The notes under the pieces are model-generated. The model did not search any database and was not told the origin of the DNA. It saw only the letters and a list, made by a program, of their open reading frames with translations. Positions 52,144-62,312 of a stretch of 64,000 nt of DNA are shown here, piece by piece. Position numbers and translations under genes: made by a program. Source of the stretch: an uncultured Actinomycetota bacterium (GTDB lineage: Bacteria; Actinomycetota; Actinomycetes; Mycobacteriales; CADCTP01); assembly GCA_963728945.1 (NCBI GenBank), contig CAVSMA010000002.1:1776243-1840242 (forward strand), in the 5' to 3' direction. Numbering within the stretch: position 1 is the stretch's first letter; each line of letters begins with the position of its first letter.

Positions 52144-52301
52144 GGGCTCCGTAGTTGTGGCGAGGATCGGTAAGTCCACGCTCGCTGAGCCCGGCGGCGG
52201 GCGCCTCGGCCCGGAGGCCGGGATTCGCCTGGCCGATGGCATGGTCTTCTCTCGTTCTTTCGGCGGGTACGCCGAGGCGCGCCGGTTCCTAGGCTGGAGC
52301 C

Positions 52302-53442
52302 GTGGTCACTGTCCGGCGCTCCATCTGGCATGAGCCGCGGCCTGCTGACGCCCCACCCATCGGTCGGCTCGACTGGCTGCTGGTGGGCGTGTTCGCGGCC
52401 GCCGCCTTGGTCGAAGGCATCGTTCGGCCGGGCTTGGCCTGGCGACCTCTTGTGACGGTGCTCGCCCTGGCGCTGATTCCTACCCTGCTCTGGCGGCGGG
52501 GCCGCCCCCTGATGGCGGTCCTGGTCGGGTGGGGCGTCGCCGGGCTGCTCTCGGTCCTCCAGCTGACTGCGCACGCCGGGGACCTCGGCCTCTATTCCAT
52601 GACGGCCATCCTGATCCTGCTCTACTCCCTGGTGCGGTGGGGCTCGGGACCGGAGATGGTCTTGGGGACGGCGTTCGTGACGGTCGTCGTCGCGCTGGGG
52701 ATGTACGTCTCCTCCGCGGACTGGGCCGAGGTCTTCGGCGGGAGCGTCCTCTTGCTGTTGTTCGTCGCCCTCGCGGCGGTGTTCCGCTACCGCGCGGACC
52801 TCTGGCATCGCCAACAGCGCGAGATCCGCAATCAGGAGCGGGTGTGGCTGGCTCGCGAGCTGCACGACACCGTGGCCCACCACGTCTCGGCCATCGCGGT
52901 GCAGGCCCAGGCCGGTGGCGTGGTCGCCGGCATCGAGCCCGAGAAGGCTGCCGAGGTCCTGGCCGCGATCGAGTCTGAAGCGTCGCGAACCCTGGCGGAG
53001 ATGAGATCCATGGTGCGGGTGCTGCGAGAGGAGGAAGCCGTCGCCTACTCACCGCAGCCGGGGTGTCGCGGACCTGCCTGCTCTGGCGCGCGCCGACGCG
53101 ACGCCCACCGTCGAGGTCTCGCTGGACGGTTCGTTAACCCGGCTGGCACGACCCGTGGACGCCGCGCTCTACCGGCTCGCGCAGGAGTCGCTGACCAACG
53201 CCGTACGGCACGCGCGGACCGCGACCCGCGTCGGGATCGACGTACGCCGGGAAGGCGACGCCGTCAGGCTGCGTGTCAGCGACGATGGACAAACCGAGCC
53301 GGGGCCAGCCCCGGAGCCTGGGTTCGGCCTGCTGGGCATGGCCGAACGCGCCCAGCTCCTCGGCGGATCGCTCTCCGCGGGGCCGGGGCCCGAGGGTGGC
53401 TGGGTGGTCGAGGCCGTGCTGCCGGTGGAGGCGCTGGCATGA
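52302..53442 (+). pseudogene. NarL-type sensor histidine kinase, frameshifted at a G-run near 53060
   Basis: TM segments and LARELHDTVAH in frame 1; YRLAQESLTNAVRHA, DDG and GFGLLGMAER in another frame. Confidence 0.85.
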
Positions 53443-54095
53443 GCATCCGTGTTGTCGTAGCCGACGACCAGGACTTGGTCCGGACCGGCCTGGTGATGAT
53501 CCTCGGCGCGCAACCCGACCTCGACGTCGTGGGGGAGGCAGCAGACGGGCTCGCAGCGCTCGACCTGGCGACCCGGCTGCGTCCCGATGTCCTCCTCGTC
53601 GACATCCGGATGCCCGGGCTCGACGGCGTCGAGGTGACCCGGCGCCTGGCCGGGCCAGACGTGACGGACCCGATGGCGGTCGTCGTGATCACCACCTTCG
53701 ACCTCGATGAGTACGTACTCGGCGCCCTACGCGCCGGCGCCCGCGGCTTCCTGCTCAAAGACGCCGGGCCGGAGCTCCTCGTGCAGGCCATCCACGCGGC
53801 GGCCAACGGGGACGCGCTGATCGCCCCCAACGTCACCCGCCGGCTGCTGGCGACCTTCGCCGACCAGGCGCCGGTGGTACCGGTCCAACCCATCGACCCG
53901 CTCACCGAGCGCGAGGAGGAGGTGCTCGCGCTGGTGGCACGGGGCCGGACCAACGCCGAGATCGCCACCGAGCTCTTCGTCGGCCTGAGCACGGTCAAGA
54001 CCCACATCGCATCGTTGATGACCAAGCTCGGCGCCCGCAACCGCGTCGAGATCGCGATGTGGGCATACGACACCAGACGCGGGAGAGCCGATTAG
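53439..54095 (+). CDS. LuxR/NarL-family response regulator
   Basis: VADDQ, DIRMP, GFLLK, LTEREEEVL and TVKTH; ATGA overlap with the kinase. Confidence 0.93.
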   Translation: MSIRVVVADDQDLVRTGLVMILGAQPDLDVVGEAADGLAALDLATRLRPDVLLVDIRMPGLDGVEVTRRLAGPDVTDPMAVVVITTFDLDEYVLGALRAGARGFLLKDAGPELLVQAIHAAANGDALIAPNVTRRLLATFADQAPVVPVQPIDPLTEREEEVLALVARGRTNAEIATELFVGLSTVKTHIASLMTKLGARNRVEIAMWAYDTRRGRAD

Positions 54096-54290
54096 TGGGT
54101 ACTGATCGCAGCGTAGGTCCGTGGCGGTGGATAGCCCAGCGATGAGTGCGGCCGGTCGTGGTTGTACTCCTCCTTCCAGTCGCCGATGGCGACCTTGGCG
54201 TGGGTCAGGGACCAGAACAGATGGATGTTGAGGCATTCGCCGCGCAGGCGATCGTTGAAGGACTCGATAAAGGAGTTGCGCCAGGCGGCA
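54092..54290 (-). mobile_element. IS3-family transposase C-terminal (integrase core) remnant
   Basis: IESFNDRLRGECLN...WKEEYNHDRPHSSLGY; 5' part absent. Confidence 0.85.
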
Positions 54291-55154
54291 TACATAAACA
54301 AGTACACCAATTGAGTCGCGCCACTCTTCGCCGTGACCCAGCGCCCGGTCGTCGCGGGCGTCGGACAGCGATGGAGGACCGTACTTCGGGGTCGCAGGGT
54401 TTAGAAACGGACCTACAGATGCTGCGAAGGACCTCGAGATTGGCCTCGTACAGGCGGTTGAGCAGATGCACCGACCGGGTGCTGGTGACCCTGGAGCACG
54501 CTCTTGAGTGACGTCGTGCCAGAGGTGGTAAGCGCCTGGTTGTCGCTGCCTCGCCGGATCTACCTCGACACCTCGACGCTTCAAAAACCTCTGTTCCGGC
54601 TCTGCCGCTGATGCTGCCCTCATGCCTTCAGCCGGACCTACGCGCGTAACCCGCAGATCCAAGACGTCAAGGCATTGATTGGCCTCCTTGCCTGCCTTGG
54701 GGCGAGTTGATGGCGGAGGAGGGCGACGACGTACCCGACTGGGCGAAGCGCTTCGCGGACCGGTTGAGCCGAGACGGGCTCCTCACTGCAGAGGCTGGCA
54801 GTCGTCAGGTGCGGCAAAGTCTGAACGATCTCAACCAGCGGCTGCGCTATGTGCTCGGCGAGTACGACGAACCATCGGAGTCCAAGCCTGTGCGGTAGAA
54901 CGGCCGTCGCCGCCTCAGTGGCGAAGGTAGACGAACTCACGGCGGCTATCTCAGACTCGACGTACGGCGGTGGCCTGGCCAGGCTGTCGTCGAGGTGCCT
55001 GGCGGGGTTGCTCTCACTGCGGCTGCCCGCGGTCGTTCTGGCGTGGCTCTCACATGGCGTGCGCCTCGCCGGGCACGCGTTGTTCACCGCGAGGTACACG
55101 GCCAGCGCGGTCATCGCGGCCAGGGCGAGGCCGAGGACGATCACGGCTAGCTGG

Positions 55155-55760
55155 TACCCCGCCGCGGCCGAACCGGCCTCGCCGATCCGGTCGCTCCCTC
55201 CGGCGCCGGTGCGGGAGCTCGGGATGCAACGGCTGCGCTTCGCGGCGAAGCTGCTCGCGGCGGCCGGCTACCCCGGCTGGGTGGTCCTCTTCGACGAGGT
55301 CGAGCTCATCGGGCGCTACTCCCTGCAGCAGCGGGCGAAGTCGTACGCCGAGCTCGCTCGCTGGGTCCGCGGCGAGCACGGGGCGCCAGGGCTACCGATC
55401 GCGGCGGTGCTGGCGATGACCGACGACTTCGAGGCCGCGGTGCTGTCCGACAAGAACGACAGGGAGCTGGTGCCGGCCCGGGTCCGCGCCAAAGAGACGA
55501 GCGAGGCGGGCGAGCTCGCGGCGAGGGCGGAGACCGGCATGCGCATCATCGAGGCCGACATGACCCTGCTCACCCCGCCGGACGCGGCCGAGCTGGACGC
55601 CGCGTATGCCCGCTTGAAGGAGCTACACGGCGTCGCCTTCGGCTGGGCACCCCCGGACGTGCCCGGGCTGGAGCGCCTGGGCGCCACCCGGATGCGGCAG
55701 TACGTACGGGCGTGGATCAACGAATGGGACCTCGTCCGGCTGGACCCGGACGCGGCAGCC
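55155..55760 (+). pseudogene. C-terminal fragment of a BrxD/DUF2791-like P-loop ATPase
   Basis: GWVVLFDEVELIGRYS..QRAKSYAEL and MRQYVRAWINEWDL; no Walker A, no clear start. Confidence 0.6.
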
Positions 55761-55789
55761 AGCACCGCGTCGGCGGCATCTGCGGCGAC

Positions 55790-56150
55790 GCTGCTGCAGG
55801 CCCGAGTCGGCAGCGACGAGCTGGTGGCAGTCCGGCACGTCCTGCCCGTCGCGGAGCACCTCGCCGGCGGCGGCGAACGCGTCCACGACCGCCGGATCGA
55901 ACTGCCGCCCGCGTCGCGCGCGTGCCACCTCGACGGCGGCCTGCACACCCTCCGCCCGGTGATCGACCTCGACGACGTCGGCCACGTGCCACAACCGCAC
56001 CGCCAGTGCGATCTCCTCGCCACCGACACCGGCCGGCACACCGTGCCGGTCCCACCGGGTGAAGAACTGACGCAGCGGGATAACCACCTCCGGCCCCAGA
56101 CCGAGCTGCGCGGCCATCGCCGAGGTCGTGGCGCAGTGCGCATGCGTTCC
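55790..56150 (-). pseudogene. Internal fragment of an HD-GYP/LuxR-type regulator
   Basis: HC...LGLGPEV...FTRWD, ADVVEV and RRGRQFDPAVVDAF. Confidence 0.65.
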
Positions 56151-56239
56151 CCGTACGACGCCCTTACCACCGGTCACGCCCAGCGTCGAGGATGTCAGCC
56201 CGTCACGGAGACGGGGAGAAGGGCACGTCCCTGCTGCGG

Positions 56240-56527
56240 CTAATACCGTCGGTCTTCGCGACGCGCCTTGCGGCGCCGATGACGTCGCATCACGCCAAGT
56301 CCGATCCACACGACCGCACCGATCAACGCGGTCACGAGGGTCAAGAGCCACAACGGCCAGGCGAAGCTCCAGAACAGAAACTGGATCGTCACCCGCTCGG
56401 TGTTCTGGAACATGAAGACGAGCAGCAGCCCGATCCCGACGAGTGAGGCGATCGCCCCGGCGCCCAGCCGGGCCCGTCTTCCTTCCGCCGTACCAGTGAT
56501 GTTGTCACCAGGACTAGGTTGGACCAT
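56240..56527 (-). CDS. LapA-family small membrane protein
   Basis: LLLVFMFQNTERVTIQFLFWSFAWPLW; basic C-terminus. Confidence 0.75.
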   Translation of the reverse strand: MVQPSPGDNITGTAEGRRARLGAGAIASLVGIGLLLVFMFQNTERVTIQFLFWSFAWPLWLLTLVTALIGAVVWIGLGVMRRHRRRKARREDRRY

Positions 56528-57091
56528 GGCTCTTCCTCCCTGTGCGCCAGTCCCGCCCGGTTCCCGTGCTCGGCCGTGGTCTCCTTGCCGTCCACCCGAG
56601 CACATCGGGAACCATCACGGTCTCACGCGATGTGCCCGCTCGCGTTCGGGAAGCCAGCCGATCCTGGGCGGTGGTGGACGCCATCCCGTTCGTGCGCGGA
56701 CCTTTGCCCTCACTTACGTTCACACCCCTGCGCCGACCCGACACCACCTACCCGCCGAAATCACCCAGGGCGTATCTCTCAACTGGCGGTGGATGCCGAC
56801 GGCGTCCAGGCGGCGTCCGGCAAGGCGGAGGAGGAGCCGATACCGGGGTTGTATCGGCGACGACGACAATGCCGCCGGTCCTCGTCTGGGCGTCGCCGGC
56901 GCCGCCAGGCAGTTGAGAGACACGCCCTAGGGGAGAAATGCCGCTGCGGTCTCGTTACGGCTCAGATCGGCCAGCCTCCGGTCCACAGCGTGCAGGACCG
57001 CGTGGACGCAGCTCGACGAGACTGGCATCCCGCTGAGCGCCGAGGTCGTAGACACGACCCAGCGGACCGCGCAGCGCCGACTCGCGGTGGG

Positions 57092-57478
57092 TCAGGCCAG
57101 AGCGGCAAGCACCCGGTCGAGCCGGGAGGCGGCCTCGTCCGCGACCGGCGCGAGCGCGGACAGCCCGGTGAGCTGCACCATGACCTGCGGGTCGAGCGCC
57201 TCGACGACGGTGCCGCCGGCGCCGGCGCGGACGACGACGTTGCAGGGCAGCAGCAGTCCGATGCTGCGGTCGACGCCCAGCGCGCTGTACGCCAGCGGCG
57301 GGTTGCAGGCGCCGAGGATCACGTAGTCCTCGACGTCGGCGCCGAGCTTCTCCCGCATGGTGGCGGTCACGTCGATCTCGGTGAGCACGCCGAAGCCCTC
57401 GTCCTTGAGCGCTCCACGCACCTTCGCAACCGCCTGCTCGAACGGCACGTCGAGGGTGATCGCCTTGCCGAAGCTCAT
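57092..57478 (-). CDS. DUF302 domain protein
   Basis: GFGVLTEIDV, ILGACNP and IGLLLPCNVVVR. Confidence 0.92.
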   Translation of the reverse strand: MSFGKAITLDVPFEQAVAKVRGALKDEGFGVLTEIDVTATMREKLGADVEDYVILGACNPPLAYSALGVDRSIGLLLPCNVVVRAGAGGTVVEALDPQVMVQLTGLSALAPVADEAASRLDRVLAALA

Positions 57479-57508
57479 CGTTCGGTCCTCCTGCCGACGG
57501 GACGGGCG

Positions 57509-57871
57509 CTACGCGGTCCGGGCGGTGACCTGCCGGCGCACGTCGTCCATGTCGAGGTCGCGCACCGCCTGGATGACCTGCTCCAGCGCGCGGGCGGGCA
57601 GGGCGCCGGGCTGGGAGAACACGAGGATGCCGTCGCGGAACGCCATCAGCGTCGGGATGCTGCTGATCTGCGCGGCCGCGGCCAGCTCCTGCTGGTCCTC
57701 GGTGTCGATCTTCCCGAACGTGATGTCCGGGTGCTGGGCGCTCGCCGCCTCGTACACCGGGGCGAACATCCGGCACGGCCCGCACCAGGAGGCCCACCAG
57801 TCGACGAGGGTGATGCCCTCGCGGACGACCGTGGTCTCGAACGAGTCCTTCGTCAGCTTGACTGTCGCCAT
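57509..57871 (-). CDS. Thioredoxin
   Basis: WASWCGPC, SIPTL and FSQPGALP. Confidence 0.95.
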   Translation of the reverse strand: MATVKLTKDSFETTVVREGITLVDWWASWCGPCRMFAPVYEAASAQHPDITFGKIDTEDQQELAAAAQISSIPTLMAFRDGILVFSQPGALPARALEQVIQAVRDLDMDDVRRQVTARTA

Positions 57872-57898
57872 CTCATCCTCACTCACCGTCATGAAAGC

Positions 57899-57914
57899 AT
57901 ACCCGTCGGGGTAT
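57899..57914. promoter_or_regulatory. CsoR-family operator ATACCC-GTCG-GGGTAT
   Basis: TACCC-N4-GGGTA palindrome, one of four copies in the cluster. Confidence 0.8.
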
Positions 57915-57916
57915 CG

Positions 57917-57942
57917 AACGCCTCGAGCTGTCCCGGCATTCC
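57917..57942 (-). promoter_or_regulatory. SigR/SigH-type promoter GGAAT-N18-GTT upstream of thioredoxin
   Basis: Minus strand reads GGAAT-gccgggacagctcgaggc-GTT. Confidence 0.75.
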
Positions 57943-57978
57943 CCGCCCCGGCACGAGCCGCCATCGGCAACGATGCCG

Positions 57979-57994
57979 ATACCCCGGGGGGTAC
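57979..57994. promoter_or_regulatory. CsoR-family operator ATACCC-CGGG-GGGTAC
   Basis: TACCC-N4-GGGTA palindrome. Confidence 0.8.
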
Positions 57995-58035
57995 TTGCCA
58001 GCAACGCGCGGCCACTCTACGGTGACGAGGAACGA

Positions 58036-58051
58036 ATACCCGCCCGGGTAT
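58036..58051. promoter_or_regulatory. CsoR-family operator ATACCC-GCCC-GGGTAT
   Basis: TACCC-N4-GGGTA palindrome upstream of the MBL-fold gene. Confidence 0.8.
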
Positions 58052-58112
58052 CACTCGCCACGCGCGGTCCGGGCGCCGCTTTCGCCGCACAGGACAGGAG
58101 ACGCTGTTCCCG

Positions 58113-59489
58113 ATGTTCGAGATCGTCCCGATCGACACGCCAACCCTGGGTGACCGGTCCTACCTCGTCCACGACGGCCGCGTCGCCTTCGTCGTCGACC
58201 CCCAGCGCGACGTCGACCGCGTGCTCGACCTCGTCGAGCGGCACGGCGTGCGGATCCGGCACGTGTTCGAGACGCACGTCCACAACGACTACGTCACCGG
58301 CGGCCGCGCGCTGGCGACGGCCACCGGCGCGGCCTACCACCTCAACGCCGCCGACCCGGTGACCTTCGACCGGGTGCCGGTCTCCGACGGGGACATGATC
58401 GAGGTCTCCCCGGTGCTGTCGGTCGCGGTGCTCGCCACTCCCGGCCACACCCACACGCACCTGTCCTACGCGCTGATCGCCGACGGCGAGCACGTCGGCG
58501 TCTTCACCGGCGGGTCCCTTCTTTACGGGTCGACCGGCCGGCCGGACCTGCTCGGCGCCGACCACACCGACGCACTGGTGCACGCGCAATATCGTTCCGC
58601 CCACCGGCTCGCGGCCGAGCTGCCGGACGAGGCGGCGGTGTTCCCGACCCACGGCTTCGGCAGCTTCTGCTCGGCTACGCAGTCCTTGGGCGCCTCGTCG
58701 ACGATCGGCGCCGAGAAACGGACCAACCCCGCGCTCGTCCTCGACGAGGAGCAGTTCGTCGCCACCCTGCTCGCCGGCCTGGATGCCTACCCTGCCTACT
58801 ACGCGCACATGGGTCCGACCAACCTGGCCGCGCCGAACTGCGCGCCCGACCTGTCGCTGCCGGCGCTGGCCGACGCCGGCGAGCTGCGCCGGCGGATCGC
58901 GGCCGGGGACTGGGTGATCGACCTGCGTACCCGGACCGCGTTCGCGGCCGGCCACCTCGTCGGCACGCTCAACATCGGCCTGGACGAGCAGTTCGCCACC
59001 TATCTCGGCTGGATCATCCCCTGGGGCACGCCGCTCACGCTGCTCGCCGAGACCCCGGAACAGGTCACCGAGGCCCAGCGCGAGCTCGTCCGGATCGGGA
59101 TCGACCGACCGGCCGCGGCCGCGACCGGGACGCCGGACCAGTGGGCGGGCGACGCCTCGCTCGGCCGCCTCGACCGCGGCACCTTCGTCGAGCTGGCACG
59201 GGCCCGGCCGCGGCGGGACGTCGTCGTGCTCGACGTCCGGCGAGCTCTCGAGTGGACCGACTCACACATCGACGGCGCGGTGCACATCCCGCTGCACGAG
59301 CTGCCGGGCCGCGTCGGGGACGTCCCGGACGGCGAGGTCTGGGTGCACTGCGCCGCCGGCTACCGCGCCTCCATCGCGGCGTCGATCCTCGCTTCGCACG
59401 GCCGTACCGTCGTCGTGGTCGACGACGACTACGAGAAGGCGGCCGCCACCGGCGTCGATCTCGCGTACGTCGAGGGGGTGGCGGCGTGA
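58113..59489 (+). CDS. MBL-fold hydrolase with two rhodanese domains (persulfide dioxygenase/CstB-like)
   Basis: ETHVHNDY, TPGHT, GRPDL, PTHGFGSFC and C-terminal HCAAGYRA. Confidence 0.88.
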   Translation: MFEIVPIDTPTLGDRSYLVHDGRVAFVVDPQRDVDRVLDLVERHGVRIRHVFETHVHNDYVTGGRALATATGAAYHLNAADPVTFDRVPVSDGDMIEVSPVLSVAVLATPGHTHTHLSYALIADGEHVGVFTGGSLLYGSTGRPDLLGADHTDALVHAQYRSAHRLAAELPDEAAVFPTHGFGSFCSATQSLGASSTIGAEKRTNPALVLDEEQFVATLLAGLDAYPAYYAHMGPTNLAAPNCAPDLSLPALADAGELRRRIAAGDWVIDLRTRTAFAAGHLVGTLNIGLDEQFATYLGWIIPWGTPLTLLAETPEQVTEAQRELVRIGIDRPAAAATGTPDQWAGDASLGRLDRGTFVELARARPRRDVVVLDVRRALEWTDSHIDGAVHIPLHELPGRVGDVPDGEVWVHCAAGYRASIAASILASHGRTVVVVDDDYEKAAATGVDLAYVEGVAA

Positions 59490-59491
59490 GC

Positions 59492-59857
59492 ATGGCCGCC
59501 ACGGTCAGGAACCTGTTCAGCAAGCCGTACGACAAGGTCGGCGCCGTCGAGGCCGCGGAGCTGGTCGAGGCCGGCGCGGTGCTGCTCGACGTGCGGGAGC
59601 CGCGCGAGTGGCGAGCCGGGCACGCGCCGAGGGCCAGGCACATCCCACTCGGCGACCTCGACCGCAGGGCGGTCGAGCTGCCGGCCGGGCGCCGGATCGT
59701 CACGGTCTGCCGGTCCGGGGCCCGCTCCGCGCGCGCCGCGGCGATCCTCGCCCGGCACGGCCATCAGGTGTCCAACCTCGGCGGCGGGATGCACGCCTGG
59801 GCCCGTGCCGACCTGCCCGTCGTGGCCAGGGGCGGCCGGCCGGGCCGGATCAGCTGA
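59492..59857 (+). CDS. Single-domain rhodanese (sulfurtransferase)
   Basis: LLDVREPREW, HIPL, CRSGARS and LGGGMHAW. Confidence 0.92.
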   Translation: MAATVRNLFSKPYDKVGAVEAAELVEAGAVLLDVREPREWRAGHAPRARHIPLGDLDRRAVELPAGRRIVTVCRSGARSARAAAILARHGHQVSNLGGGMHAWARADLPVVARGGRPGRIS

Positions 59858-59864
59858 TCCCGGC

Positions 59865-60749
59865 ATGCTGGCCGTCGCGATCCCGGTCGGGCTGCTCATC
59901 GGCCTGGCGCTAGGCGCGCTGGGCGGCGGAGGGTCGATCCTCACCGTCCCGGCGCTGGTCTACCTGCTCGACCAGGCGCCGCACGCCGCGACCACGGGGT
60001 CGCTGCTGATCGTCGGGACGGCCGCACTCGTCGGCATGGTCGTGCACCGGCGAGCCGGGCGGGTGCGGGTCGGGCCCGGGCTCGTCTTCGCCGGGCTCGG
60101 CCTGGCCGGCTCGTACGTCGGCAGCAGGCTGTCGGCCGCTGTCGACCCGCACGTGCTGCTCACCGCGTTCGCCACGGTGATGCTCGCCGCCGCGGCGGCG
60201 CTACGGCACCGCGGCGGTGCGCGTCGCCCCGCCGCCGGCGCACCGCCGCCGCCCCGGACGGTCGACCGGCTCGCCCGCGCCCGGGCACACCACCCCACCG
60301 CCGCCCTCGCCGGGGGACCCGCGACGGCCGGCACGACCTGCCCGCTGCCGTCCGTGACCCCGCGGATCACCACCTGCCGCGCGGTCACGATCGTCGCTGC
60401 GGCCACCGCCGTCGGCCTGCTGACCGGATTCTTCGGCGTGGGCGGCGGGTTCGTCATCGTGCCCGCACTCGTGCTCGTCCTCGGCTTCGACATGCCGGCC
60501 GCGGTCGGGACCTCCCTGTTGGTCATCGCCGTCACCAGCGCCGCCGCCCTCGCCGCCCGGCTCACTGGCCAACCGGACCTCGACTGGCCGCTGGTCGGGC
60601 TGTTCACCGCGACCGCGATCGCCGGGTCGATCGCCGGCAACCGGCTGGCGTCGAAGGTCGACGAGTCCACGCTGCGGGGCGCGTTCGTCGTGTTGCTGCT
60701 CGCCGTCGCCGTGTACACCGGGGCCCGGTCGATCCCGTACCTGCTCTGA
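59865..60749 (+). CDS. TauE/SafE family sulfite exporter
   Basis: GALGGGGSILTVPAL, GFFGVGGGFVIVPAL and AVGTSL. Confidence 0.92.
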   Translation: MLAVAIPVGLLIGLALGALGGGGSILTVPALVYLLDQAPHAATTGSLLIVGTAALVGMVVHRRAGRVRVGPGLVFAGLGLAGSYVGSRLSAAVDPHVLLTAFATVMLAAAAALRHRGGARRPAAGAPPPPRTVDRLARARAHHPTAALAGGPATAGTTCPLPSVTPRITTCRAVTIVAAATAVGLLTGFFGVGGGFVIVPALVLVLGFDMPAAVGTSLLVIAVTSAAALAARLTGQPDLDWPLVGLFTATAIAGSIAGNRLASKVDESTLRGAFVVLLLAVAVYTGARSIPYLL

Positions 60750-60787
60750 CGCCCGGACACGGTCCCGCGTACAACGCGTCGTGAAGA

Positions 60788-60801
60788 TACCCCCGGGGGT
60801 A
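60788..60801. promoter_or_regulatory. CsoR-family operator TACCCCCGGGGGTA
   Basis: Perfect 14-bp palindrome ~30 nt upstream of the regulator gene. Confidence 0.8.
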
Positions 60802-60829
60802 GAGTGTCGACCAGGCGAAGGAGGGCTGC

Positions 60830-61099
60830 ATGCAGGTGGACGAGGGCGCGACGGTCGACGTGATCAAGCGGCTGCGCCGGGCCGAGGGGCAGATCCGCGG
60901 CGTGATCGCGATGCTGGAGAGCGGCCGGGACTGCGCCGACGTGGTGACGCAGCTGGCCGCGGTCTCCCGCGCGCTCGACCGGGCCGGGTTCAAGGTCATC
61001 GCCAGCGGCCTGCAACAGTGCATCACCGCCGCCGAGGACGGTGAGGACCAGACCGGAAATCTGGAGCGGATGGAGAAGCTGTTCCTCTCCCTCGCATAA
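60830..61099 (+). CDS. CsoR/RcnR-family repressor (two Cys, no Cu-ligand His)
   Basis: RLRRAEGQIRG, DCADVVTQLAAV, GLQQC and EKLFLSLA; AAGGAGG RBS. Confidence 0.92.
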   Translation: MQVDEGATVDVIKRLRRAEGQIRGVIAMLESGRDCADVVTQLAAVSRALDRAGFKVIASGLQQCITAAEDGEDQTGNLERMEKLFLSLA

Positions 61100-61191
61100 C
61101 GTCCGCCGGTGGGCCCCTCGTGGGTGCTGGCACGGCTGCGAACGTCGGTCCCGCACCGCCATCCTTACGGTGCGGTCTGCTTGTGCCGCCG

Positions 61192-61585
61192 TCAGTAGCC
61201 GAGGGCGCGGCCTCCGTCGACCAGGAGACGCTGGCCGGTGACGAAGCCGGCGCCGTCCGAGGCGAGGAAACTCACCGCGTGCGCAACATCCTCGGGCGTA
61301 CCCATGCGGCCGACCGGTACCGAGGCCAGGTACGCGTCGACAGTGCCCGCGGGCACGTCCGCGTGCCGCTCGACCGGGATGAACCCGGGTGCGACCGCGT
61401 TGACGGTGATGCCGAACGGTGCCAGCTCGCGGGCCCAGCTGCGGGTAAGACCAATCTGGGCGTTCTTCGCGACCGCATAGGCCGACCGGCCCCGGCGGCG
61501 GCCGATCGGCGACCTCTGAGTCGACCTGGATGATGCGACCGAACCGATCCGCCTGCATCGCTGGCAGCACCGCGCGGCCCAGCAG
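61192..61585 (-). pseudogene. SDR oxidoreductase C-terminal remnant (truncated, frameshifted)
   Basis: YAVAKNAQIGLTRSWARE, NAVAPG and VTGQRLLVDGG; no N-terminal Rossmann motif. Confidence 0.7.
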
Positions 61586-61703
61586 CACAGGGCTACTCAC
61601 CAGAGCCACCCGCGGCCGCGATCTCCCCATGGGCAGGATCGTCCCACCACCGGCCCGCCACCGTGTCCACCGAGGGATCCTCGTCAGACCCCGCCAGCTC
61701 CCC

Positions 61704-62093
61704 TTACGACACCTCGCCCCAGGTGCCCGGCGGGTGTCGGGGAACGGCGAGGTCGGCGACAACGCCGTAGTGGTCGCTGGCCCACACCCCTCCGACCGGC
61801 CGGCCGAGCAGCCGGTCACAACGCAGCACCTGCAGCAGGACGTCGCGCCGACCGCGCGTCGCCAACACGCCACCGGTGCCGTCCTCGCTCGCCGAGGAGG
61901 ACGGCGTCACCTGGCAGCCCGGGCCGAGCAGTTGCTCCACGTCCCCGACGCGGACCTCCTGCAGCGCGACCACGTCCGCACCGAGGCGGCCCAGTACGTC
62001 CTTGATGAGCAGGCTGCGTCGCTCCCAGTCCGGGTTCGCCGGCCCCAACACGTTCAGCGTCACGCAACGCAGGCGCGGGATCATCTCAGGCAC
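61704..62093 (-). pseudogene. Endonuclease/exonuclease/phosphatase family remnant (internally deleted)
   Basis: TLNV, DVVALQEV and terminal ASDHYGVVADL in only 129 aa. Confidence 0.6.
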
Positions 62094-62312
62094 CCTGAAG
62101 AACTGCCCTCACCACAGCACCTCATGCCCAAGTGCGGCATGCGCGGATACTCAGGTAGATCTCCGCCGCCCCTGGTCCCCCAAGAACGAGAGGTCCGCGA
62201 CGCCTTCCGCACCGGCTCCAGCCCCGGCTGTGATGCCGGGGGCGTCAGGAATGCTGCCCGGCCGGCTCACGGCCTGTCGCCGGGCAAGCGCGCGGCTGGG
62301 GGCCAGGCGTCC

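Noticed and set aside
54707-54898. 63-aa ORF in the lower-GC patch
   Set aside because: No recognisable motif or clear start; cannot support a call.
55155-55760. Functional BREX defence system
   Set aside because: Only a truncated ATPase fragment; no pglX, pglZ or brxC partners.
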